Shown: positions 40,900 to 52,571 of the stretch, piece after piece | Layout: every line of letters begins with the position of its first letter | How positions within the stretch are numbered: position 1 is the stretch's first letter | Assembly (NCBI GenBank): GCA_016748015.1 | Contig: JAAOMT010000543.1 | Location: 496,001-560,000 of the forward strand | Origin: Geosiphon pyriformis uo1 | Taxonomy: Eukaryota; Fungi; Glomeromycota | Direction of reading: 5' to 3' | DNA length: 64,000 nucleotides | The notes under the pieces: generated by a model | Databases searched by the model: none | Seen by the model: only the letters and a program-made list of their open reading frames with translations | What the model was told of the DNA's origin: nothing | Position numbers and translations under genes: made by a program

Positions 40900-43800
40900 T
40901 CACCTCAAGCTGCTGGCCCAGATGCAGACAGTTCGATCTTTATCAGCGCTGAATACTTGGCCACCTTGTGGATTCCAACATACTCCGCAAATGGGTGCAC
41001 TATATAATCAGGCTTATTTGTTAGGTGAAGCATCGAAACGAGAACTTTACCTGAAAAGGGACTTACCTATGTTCTTTTAAAGTTTTCTCTAGTCGAGATT
41101 TATAAATATTCCAATAATATATTGTTCCATCTATGAGGAGATGGAAAAATTAGATAATCGAGTGAAATAAGAATCTATTAGTATTGCAAAACAATTTCAA
41201 AATCATTACCGAGTGAACCAGCGGCAGCATAACGCCCATCGGGACTAAAAACAAGGTAACACTTAAATAAGTTTGATTCATTTGATCAAAAATCTAATTT
41301 AATATTCATTCACGAACCTGAAACACGCTCTGGACCAATTTGTCCCGTTTGTATACCCATCAGCACTACAGGAAAAAACATTCAAGCAGAAAACACGTTT
41401 AACAAGTTTTTCCTCTTGGAAGAAGAAAGCAACCGAAACTTACTGCAATGTCTGTACGACTTCGTATGTTTTTAAATCGATTAATTTGAGAGTATTATCT
41501 CGAGAATTGGTCATCACTTTTGAACCGTCTAATTGTATACAATTTTAGGCTCAATGAGAATTTATAAAGATCATAGGAGGAATTAATAATAAATTACGTG
41601 GTTACCTGGCGATACGGATACAGATGTAATTTGACCTAAATGAATACCGTTCAATTCTTTGATATTATTTCCAGATCTTACATCCCAAAATCGTAAATTA
41701 TTATCGAGATGACCACTGGCTAGAGTTGATCTATAAAGACGTAGTTGAGATTTTATATCAAGATCGCAAATCTTGAGAAGTCCTTATAAAATTAGCAGAA
41801 GTTGCGGAACTTACCCAGATTCATCTATTAAAACTACATCATTACAGCTTGAAATACAGAATATTGTCTTTACACCTGTAAAGAATTGATTCGCGTTCAG
41901 TGATATTAATGTCGAATGCTTTCAGAACAATAAATACTTGCAATATCCTTTGTTCAAATCCCAAACTTTTATTGTTCGGTCATGACTGCCAGTTATCTTT
42001 AAAAATCAGATTCATTAATAACAGAAGCTTTTTCGACCAAAAAAATTCTCGTTGCAACTAATTAGAAAGATTTTCCTACCACTTTGGTTGAATCACCATT
42101 GAATCTGGCAGAATACACCTTGCCAATATGTCCTGTTAAGGTGTGCTAATTAAAGGATTGATTGGCATAATTTTGTTGGAGAAAAATCAGATAAGCGATA
42201 AAAGAGGAAAATAACTCACCCATATCCGACCGCTCTTCAAATCCCATAATCTAGTAGTAAAATCATTCGATGCACCGACAATTTTATCATTCGAACTATT
42301 AAAGGACACGTGCATCAAAGATAGTGTTGAGCCAGAAAGAGTCTGCTTCAGATTTCCTGGCGTCAGGTGTGGATGATAATGAAATTAATAATATTTAAAA
42401 TATTTCTTTGAGTCAAAGATTAGAAATCACCAAACTAACCTGTTCTAGCATCAAACAATTTTATTGTCTTATCGCTGCTGCCAGTCGCAAACAAATTCCC
42501 ATCTGATGAACAGTTGATGGTATGTATATCGCCATCGTGTACAGTCTAAACATGCAATTGAATAAAGGTAGTTTTTTTTATTAAAATTTTTTTTCTCTGC
42601 AAATACTTCTCTTGGTATGGTGGATGTAACAGAGAAAGCTAATAGCAAAAGTAATGATCTGATAACCTACAAATTTTTTGAAAGCGGTCATTGGTATTGT
42701 GACTGGGCCAATAGTTCTGCCACGCGATCTATTTAAAACTGGTCGTTAAACATTATCAAAGTAATGTGCTCAAGCGTGTCATGATATCAATAAATCAGAA
42801 TTATGATCCCTTTCCCCATAATAGTAATGGTATCCGGATGACATGCCTTATATTATTAATTCCTGGGTCTGTCTGTGTAGGTGATGGCTCTTTTTCGACG
42901 ATAACAACGCCCGATGTAGATTCAAGCGCTTTGGCATGAAGATCTACCGCGCTAGATGCAGGAATTATTGAAATTTTATTATCTCGAATAATTTGAAGAA
43001 ATAATCTAACAGGGCAATTGTACTAGAGATCTGATATCGACCTTTCATAAAATTGATTTGCTGTATTCATTTTTTCCGCTTCATCGTTCATCTTTCTAAG
43101 CCACCGCTGCAGTAATTGACCATTTTCTTTTTCAAGATCTTTAAATCTTTCCTCGGTTTTCACCAACTCTAACTGAAGTGTGGCTAGTTCATCTTGCAAA
43201 ACCTTCAAAAATATTCTTATCAATCAATTGCAATGTCCTGAAATAAAGCTATGAACAAAATTGATTATGCAATTTTATTTTATATACCTGAATCGTTACA
43301 TCTTTCTCTCCAATAAGTTGGGTTTGATAATCAACTTTACTATTCAAAGAGGTATTTACCTCAGTCAACTTCTGGATTCTATTATATACAGATGAGTGAG
43401 CTAGGTATCCGTCTCTTTTGATCCTTTCTTAGCCATCTAAAGACAAAAAATATTGTCGTACTCTTCGTTATGTTTCTTGTGTGTGTCGTCCGCCTTTTTC
43501 AACTCATCAGTCAAGTCAAGTACACGTTGCGCGTTCACTGCTGATTTTTTCCATAATTCGGTGCACTCTTGTTTCAAAGCGGCAATTTGTTGTTCTAATT
43601 CGGCGGTGCGCTTTTGATTCAAAGGGCTCCTAAAGTTTCAAAATATTTATAAGAAATGAATTTATCAAAGTAAAGAAATTGTCCAAATTAATCTTACCCT
43701 TGTTCTCTTAGCACAGCCACCTCTTGTAATAATTCGCCATGATCTTTCTTTACGGCTTTCGTTGTGGTTTCTAATTCGGCATTATGATCAGCAAATTTGC

Positions 43801-44272
43801 CCAACTTTTTAACGAGTGAATTATCTATAAATTAATGTGAAGTTGAATTAGACTAAAACTCATTAAGTTTGTAAATTCTTTTTATAGTGCTTAATTGATT
43901 TTAATGGGGCAATTAAACGCCGCGGATCTAAAATGCCCACCAAACTTTGCTCTCTCTTAAAGAACGTAGTGGTAGCTACCATTAGATTCTACTTAAAGCG
44001 TGTTTGCGGTGATTTTTTTTGATGTACAATCAAGTAGTCAAGCCTTAAAACACCGACGCTCTCAAGTCATCCATCAAATGGCCCAGGCCAATTTCAAAAA
44101 CACGGAAAAGCAACTTACAAGACTCCACAAAGTCTGTAAACGCCTTTTCACGTCGGTCTCGCATTAACAACTTTATGAGCAGATCATGCTGCCAATTTCC
44201 ATTATGACTGGCTGCAACACTTGTACTTGATTTGTTGATAGCCAGAGAAGAATAAGGTGCAAGCGTCGCCAT
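40900..44272 (-). CDS. ATG16: ATG16 with ATG5-binding helix, coiled coil and C-terminal WD40 propeller (ATG16L1-like), many exons
   Basis: WQHDLLIKLLMRDRRE (ATG5-binding), VLQDELATLQLE...ENGQLLQRWLRKMNDEAEKMN, and WD repeats GSHDRTIKVWD, SSCNDV, SGHLDNNLRFWD, SPDGRYAAAGS. Confidence 0.93.
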
Positions 44273-45533
44273 ATAGAATAAATCAAGAACTGTCTTAAAA
44301 GGGGGTATCGGAAAGAAGTGTATTTCGCGGTTTCCAATACGCAGACCCAAGGCGGTGGATGATAGGTACAGTGCAAGTCATCCCTGATTGGTCGATCAAA
44401 ATGAATCCCGAAATAGTAGTCACAAGGCTTGCATGTATTGATAAGAAAAATTGATGGCTGATTTTTATAATTAATTACAAATATATAGAAATTGTATTAA
44501 CATTATTTAAGTTAAAGCAAAAAACGTTAGGAAAAACCACGAACTAAAAATTTTATTTTTTAAGATAAATTTATTGAGTTTTAGTTATTTTGCTCAAAAA
44601 TATCAATTATTTGTGATATTTTTTGTTTGTTTGTATATAGCTGAATTGAATTTTATTTATAACGTAATCAGAATTTTGAATTAACGAAATATTTTTAAAT
44701 CAAAATTTGGTTATGGTTACATATGGTTTTTTTTAGTTTTTAAACTTTATTTTATTTTATTTTATTTAAAATTTATTATTTATTTGTAAAAATATCCTAA
44801 TGAAAATTTTTTCAATTCATAAAATATTCCAATAGAGTTATTTCGTTTGTTTTTATTAATCAAATAAAAAACAAAAACTAATTAAAAAAAATATTTAGAT
44901 AATGTTAACATTTGGATTTATTGAATAAATATCAGTGAATAAATGTTATTAATAGCATTTTAACTTTTTATTTTAGTTTATGAAACTCAATTTAAATTAA
45001 GAAAAATTAAGAAAAATTTTTCATAAACGTCAAATAATAACTGCTTAATTTTTACTTTAACTATCATGAATATTCATAGGTTTCTTAATTTGAGATTTAG
45101 AATGTACTGAAACTCCATTTGTTAGTATCTGTAAAGTTTGAAAATTTTCAGTCTTGATGATTAAATGAAATCAAAATTTTTTTTTTTAGAAATTTCTTTG
45201 TTCGTTGCATGATTGCGCTTGCTTCTAATCAATTTAAACTTATCAACAGAAAGAAAATGGGACAATATATTTGATATGATAGGTTCTTAAGAACGCCTAT
45301 CTACTAAATTGTGCCGATTAAAACCGCGTTTATTTTTCAATGACAAATTTTCAATTATAAATTGGAATTTTCGAGAACTATCTGATAGATGATTAATAAA
45401 TTTTTGAAGCACTACGTTTAAAAAACGTCATATTCATTTATGTAACACACATAATTAAGAAAAAAGTATAAATCTCGAACCAGAATCTTTTTTATTTCAA
45501 AAAATTCGACATTTAATCTTTTTAATTCTTAAA

Positions 45534-46964
45534 ATGACTAGTCAAGCAAAAGTCGCAATCGTTACAGGCGCGGTAAGAAATCAATAGAATCCACTTATTG
45601 ATCCGATCACTCTGAATTGAATAATCTAAATTTATAGAATAAAGGAATTGGTTACGCGATCGTGCGGAATCTAGCCCTATCCTACGTTTCTCTTCACCGT
45701 CCCGAGCCTCTTGTAATTTACCTCGGATCACGTAACCCAAACCTTGGCGAATCATCTGTCTCGCAGTTACAAAAAGAATTCGAGGGACGTCAAGTGTTGA
45801 CAAGTGATAATGGAAATGTGGAAATCAAATTCTTGAAGATTGACTTGACAAATAAAGATACGATTAATGAGGCTGCTGAGAGGGTGAAAAATGAATATGG
45901 GGGTAAGTGGATTAAAGAAAATCTTGGAAAGGGTGAGAAAAGAGCGAATGACTGCGAATATTTCTGTTTTTGACAATTTTTACCATTTACTACACAAAAT
46001 ATCTTGAATTTTACTTTAAATAGGCGTTGATATTCTAATTAATAATGCTGGGATGGGTAAGTTTCAAAACTCTCAAAAAAACCGAAATTTACGCATAAAA
46101 AACCTCATTATAAGATTATATATTCTTCAGCATACAGAGGCTCGGCTTTCGACACCAACGTCGTTAAAACGACGTTGGCCACTAATTTCTACGGTACATT
46201 GGATGTAATCAATAAATTCACACCTTTGCTACGCCCTAACGCGCGTATTGTCAACGTCTCAAGTCTCGCTGGCCAGTTGCGAATATTGAGTCCAGAACTG
46301 GCGCAAAAGTTCTCGGATCCAAATTTGGACGTTGATGGGTTAATTAAATTGTTACAACAGTTTCAGGTTGTTCAGGAATTTAAAATTTTATACATAAAAT
46401 GTTTCAAATTTTTTGAACTTTTTGAACAATTGTGACGTTTCATTTGAAATTTTTAGTATGCTGTGGATCACGGGACTTGGACTCAGGAAGGGTGGCCTAC
46501 ACAAGGTTGTAATTTAAATTTTCTCGCATTTTTTTTTCTATTTATTAATCTCTTCAAACATCAATTTTTAGCTTATGGCGTTTCAAAAATTGGAGTCACC
46601 GGACTGTCGCGTATTCTCGCTCGTCGTTTTGCTAGCGAAGGCAAAAATATTTTAGTAAATGCGTGTTGTCCTGGATGGGTATGGTTTTAAATGGTTCCAT
46701 TTTATTCATTAAATGTAATTACAGACTTTGATTTTCTTCAAATTCTAGGTGAGAACTGACATGACGAACCCCAATGCTCCTTTAAGTCCGGGTATGTTAA
46801 ATATAATTTTTATTGTCTGAAGATGAAGCCTAATTAAAATTCTGGTTTGTTGTACCACAGATCAAGGTGCAGAGACACCTGTATTTCTCGCTTTAGACGA
46901 AAAGATTGTTCCATCATCACCAAATGGGGAGCTCTGGAGCTTGTTAAAGATTCATAAATGGTAA
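45534..46964 (+). CDS. Carbonyl reductase [NADPH] (CBR1-like SDR), multi-exon
   Basis: VAIVTGA|NKGIG, ILINNAG, TNFYGT, RIVNVSS, GWPTQAYGVSK, NACCPGW|VRTDM and QGAETPVFLA. Confidence 0.93.
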
Positions 46965-47199
46965 AGAAGGGTCGAAAATTCAAAGAAGGAATCAATTTAA
47001 TTTAAAAATTTTAGGAAGTTGTATCGTGTACAAATATATTCTGACTATTATTACTTAACATATGAATAATAAAGGCAAAACTTTCAAGTAATAATTTGAT
47101 TTTTTCAAATTTTGACTAGACAGTACTGACCATTCAAGATTCGGCTTTGTTTAAGAATAAAGGTGTTATATTTCTCATTACTAATTTAAGTCACAAAAA

Positions 47200-48220
47200 A
47201 TATTTGTAATTATAATTGTTTTTTAAATTAAATTATTTTTTAAATGATAATTTTTTTAATCAAATTAATTGATTTTTATTTAAAATTCAAATTGTTAAAA
47301 CTTCTAATTTTAATAATTGATTTTAAGCATCATTAAAATATATTTATGAAAAAACTTATTTATATACAAAATAAAAAATATTATATTTTTAAATTTTAAT
47401 TTTAATTTACCTTGTAGTTTTAATATATACATATTTTATTAATTTATTATATATAATCTTTATTTATTTTTTTAAAAACAATTATTTGTTATAATTAATT
47501 ACTTTTTTAGTTAATTAACATTATATTTTTTTATTTATATTATAAATTGAAATTTTTTAACATTAATTTTATATTAAATTATACTTTACCAATAGTTAAA
47601 TATATATTGCTATTTTTATTTGCAATTTGATTATAAATTCACATTTGTAATAAATTTTAAATTTTAAATGGCTTATTTACTACTTTTCATTTATATTTTT
47701 ATATTATTTTTTGAATTTACAGAAATTGTGTAATAAACAGAAAAGAAATAATACAACTTTGCTTCAAGATTTTGTTTTTACCAAATTTTGCAAATATTTT
47801 TGCTTAACATTAATTATTTGTAATAATAAATTATTTTTTAAAAAACGAAAATTAGCAATTTTTAATGTTTTTTATTTATTTTATAAAGTTATTAAAGATT
47901 ATTATAATCTATAATTTTTTTAAATGATATTGATTTCATAATATTTAATATTTTTTAATATTTTTTATGAATAAATTATTTTGTTAAAATAGTTTAGTTT
48001 ATTGCATTAAATTTATTGAAATATTGTTTTTTGTTGTATTTTGTAATTTGAAAAACATATTAATTTTTTAGTAAATAGATAATGAATTTAGAATTAAAAC
48101 TTATTTGTTACATAATTGTAATTAAATAATAATAATAATAAGTATTATTTAGTTACAACTAATTGAAAAGCAAATTTTTAATTATAATAATTAAGTAAAA
48201 ACTTATTTAAATTATTTGAA
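47200..48220. other. Second extremely AT-rich, CpG-depleted block
   Basis: About 1 kb almost devoid of G/C between the convergent CBR and COP1 genes. Confidence 0.55.
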
Positions 48221-48723
48221 TATCAAGTGAAAAGGGTATTTTGGCGAAGAGGTTTTGTGATAAAACAGTATAAAAAATGCCATTTGTTCAATTGAGGAAA
48301 TGTTTACTTTTCACGCGTCTTATTCTCGCACGCGAATTTATTTTGCTAACTTTGCCACAATACCCCTTTTTACCTTAATTATAAAAATAGAACAAATTTA
48401 TGAAATAACTCGTCAAATTTGATACTAATCTTTATCAGTAATCAATTTAAATGGTATTCATAATTAAAATCTTTGAAATAGCATAAAACAAGAAAGCATG
48501 ACATTTATTTTACCAAGTTAATGAAAACAAATTCCAAGCTTTTCGATTAATCATTTGACTGTTGCAAAAGAAATTGGTATTTATATGAATATGCAGATTT
48601 TTTAAACCAATGAGTAACAAAGAATAGCATAATAATGTAAAATTTCTCTAATGTTAGAAATATGCAAGGACTCTAAATGAAAATAAATTGCGTGTATATA
48701 GCCACTATCATAATCTGTTGAGA

Positions 48724-51700
48724 TCATTCCAAAGCCAAAATTTTGATTGTCCCCTGACTATTAGCTGCCAAGACAGTATTTGAATTCTTTTTCCAGCAAA
48801 CAGAACTTACAAATAGCGAAGGATCACTTTCAGGGACTTCTTCTCCCTAATGTACAAAGACCCATGGCAATATATGAATAAAAAATTAATTTGATTGAAA
48901 TAAATGATAAAGATTAAAAACTTATATTACCGTCACGTTATTGATACTTCCAAAGTTGAATTTGACAACAGGCTGACATAAATTTTTGTAATATGCAAAA
49001 ACAGAGTTATCTTCACTTCCACAAGCAATCCAATCGGATGTGGTGGTAAGACCAACAAAATTCTTTTCATTAATATGGCCGGTATATGTGCGGACACAAG
49101 ACTGAGTGTTTGTATCCCATAATTTAAGAGTGCTGTCCGTTGAACTAGAAATATGTAAAATATAGTTAATGGTTGAAAAAAGCCAAGATTCCGATCTTTA
49201 AAGAAAGAACATACGCGGATACAAATTCGTTGGGACCTATGAATTTTACATAAGATACAGCTTTACGATGCCCTTTGTAAACAAAAACAGGTTCACGAGT
49301 TTGCCGGAGATCATAGTAATGAATGTGGTGGTCTAAAAACCAAATATTTATAGTGGATTAATAAACAAATTATTTGCGAAATTTATTATAATCACCAATT
49401 ACCTGCACTTCCAAAGGCAATATAATGGCTTATATCAGGTTTGAATTTAACACAGCAGATATTGGCTTTGCTTTCAATTGTAAAGATAGAATGTCTTTGG
49501 TTTGTTGACCAAATTTTTACTTTTATAAAACAGTAATTCCCCAATTAATGAAAATGAATTATTAAACAAAGTTTTAGCAAAAACTAATTCTCAAGAATAT
49601 TTTAGGCTTTACCTTTAGTATCGTCACTTCCACTGGCTAATTTCGTGGGATCCATTTGGCTGAAATCCACACTCCAAGCACGTTTTTCGTGCTCATCAAA
49701 TGTCATCACTTGAAGCCCTGAATTCACATCCCAAAGTGACACTGCACCATCATAGTCGGCACTGACAATTTGGGCTTTAATATAGGTGTTCCATGAAAGG
49801 CAACTTTAAATGGAGAAAATAATTGATTTATTGAAAGAACAAACAGGAAAATGAGCAAAGTGTTGTGAAATATAGAAACGAACCTAATTTTACTTTTGCA
49901 AGTCATCTCTTTAATTGGATAATGCAAATATGTATCCATTGCTTTCCTATTATTAGCAGCACTATCCCTAATAGGAGATGAAATAAAATCAGGTGAAGTT
50001 GTCACCAATTGTCGTTCAATGTTACCATATTCAAATATTTTGATTTTTTTGGTAACACCAGCAGTTGCAAAATATTCGTCATCTCGATCAAATTCAATGC
50101 TAGAAACGATCGATGATGAGCCAAATAAATTTCCGTATCTAAGCGTGTTGACCAGGCGAAACTCCCCATATCTTGTAAAGGCGTTAAGTGTATCGGTAAA
50201 CTTTGAAAGACCCCCGGGAGTGTTAGCTTTAAATTGTTTGAGATAATGTATTAAGTTGGGTGTTACATATAGGTATAAATGAAATGACCAATAAAAAAAA
50301 CCTGAGGGTAGTCGATAAGAGAAATAACAGTCTTCTAGATCATCAAAATGTTCCTGTACACGTTGCTTTTTAATTTGCAGCAACTTTTGGTCAATCAACC
50401 TCTGATCGGCTAAATCCGGAGAAATTCTTGTTGATTTGATTATCGTAAAATTTATCATCAAAGGTCAAGCAAAAGAAGCAAGGTCTTAAAATAAAATCTT
50501 CACCAGGGTAAATACCTTTCCATATGATTAGCATCATTGAAAAACCAGTCTTCCTAAATAATATGGAATAAATTTAAGTTCAGTCGTATTTTGAGCTTAT
50601 CAATAAGAAAGACTTGTTAACATACAGCGTGCTTTCGCTTCCGGGGGATTTGCGTTTCAGAATTTTTTTGTTGGGGTTCACCCTCTGGAACAGCAGTCTC
50701 AGCGACATCATTAGGAACTTGAGCCCCCAAATTGTTGTTTGATGTCCCTCCTGTAATTTCTTCTTCTGCTTGTTGATTAATTTCTTTTTGCTGCAACTGC
50801 TGTTCCCCCAAAGATCGAAGTTGCTCTTGTGTCAATGCGAAATCATGATCTAAGCAATCTAATTCATTAGTCAATTGTTCCAGTTTCTAAAATTTGGATT
50901 CTCAATATGATCAGAGATAGTAAAGAAGGAAAAATGACATATATTAAGAACTTACCTTTTCCTTTTTTGTTTTCATCATTGACAAGAATTCAGATAGTAC
51001 ATCTAGCTCGAGCTCTTTTTCGGCTGATGCCTTTTTCTGTTTCTTGGCTAATAGTGTCATCATCACATCATCTATATCTAATAGCCAAATTTGAATCGAT
51101 GAGGAGAGGCAGAAAAAAACAAAGGGAAAGTTTGAATTATGCAAAACCTTCAAAGCTCATGTCTGTGCTCATTATTCTGTCTTTCATCTGTTTGGTTTGT
51201 AAATGTATCGTCGAATCAAATTGGCCTCCCGTTATCGCTGGAGCTTTTTCTAACAATCGGTTCACTAATGGGGAAATTTATAATGAGAAATTATAAAAAG
51301 TTGATGAATGAAATAAAAAGTTATATGAATGAAATAAAAAGTACTTACATAAGAAGTTAGGGAATATTTGATCCCGCATTAAATACGCGCCACATGTAGG
51401 ACAATCTTTCTTACGGTCTAAATGTTCAACGATGCAGACATAGCTGCAAGATAAAAAGCTTTGGTTTGAGATCATATGGCAAGTCGCTTGACCGACAAAG
51501 CTTTACTCAATGAAGTTGATGTCAACAAAAAATCCTCTAAACTTGCCAAAACGAATGGCCGCATTTCCCCATAAAAGCTTCCTTTATAATTTGAAGGCAA
51601 ATTGGACTGGATAAAAATTATAATTACGAAAAAAGGTAAGTGATTGAAAGAAGAGATCAGTCTATGCTCGAACCATCCTTGATAGAACATTATAAGTTAT

Positions 51701-51995
51701 AATACCATAAAAAATCTTCGTTGTTCAGATTATTGTTCTGAAAACTGTCTGAGGTTGCCGACGAGGAAGTACCAGGAACAAAAAAAGCCAAATTAGAGCT
51801 GGTCTGTGGGGTCAGAGGCACGTTCTGTAAGGATGCACCAGAATTCGTCCGAACAGTGGGTGGTATTGAAAACTTTGTAACTATCAACGGCGTTTCTTCC
51901 TGTTCTTCTTTAACATGTACCGTATCTGATTTTGTCCCGGTATATCGGCTGGGGTCATCAGCGGAATTTGCTGTTTCAAAGTTGTTAGAACGCAT
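48724..51995 (-). CDS. COP1: COP1/RFWD2 E3 ubiquitin ligase (RING-HC, coiled coil, WD40), multi-exon with one GC-AG intron
   Basis: RING CPICLQII.EAFM..CGHSFCY.CI..HL....DCPTC; [11 protein letters not shown]; [28 protein letters not shown]; [11 protein letters not shown]; ANICCVKF; [11 protein letters not shown]; [11 protein letters not shown]; C-terminus [12 protein letters not shown]. Confidence 0.95.
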
Positions 51996-52571
51996 AATTA
52001 AATAGATATCAAATTTGCGAAGTTGAGTCAATTATGCAAAATCAAATACACATAATTCAGTTATATATGAATTTCCCGAGCGTCTTTTATAAATATGAGG
52101 GTATTCTGATAGTGACTAGTGGCGTTGCTCGCGTGTAAGTGGTTTCAATTATTAATTGTTAATGAGTCTACAATAGATATTGATTCATTTTTGATGCAGA
52201 TCACTTGATGACTTAATATCAGTTTTTGATATTTTGATACATCTGATCAGCTGATAAGATATGCGTGAAAAAAAGACCAATCAGCTGAGCGCAATATTAT
52301 CACTGGTTACAATCCGAGTTTTGAGGATTAAAATGAAAGTTTTTTGAAGAAATGGACTTTTAAAATTCGTGAAATCCATCTGTGATGAATTAATATGAAA
52401 CTAACTCACTAAAGAATATTTTCTCTCTGGAAGAGTGAAAACTTATTTATTTTAATACCAGCTTTTTTAAGAAATAATAAAAACCTTCTCAAAATAAATT
52501 AATTGAAGGTTATAACTCTTACCCCTAATTATTGTATATTAAATGATAACAGATTTTAAATTTTTTTCATA

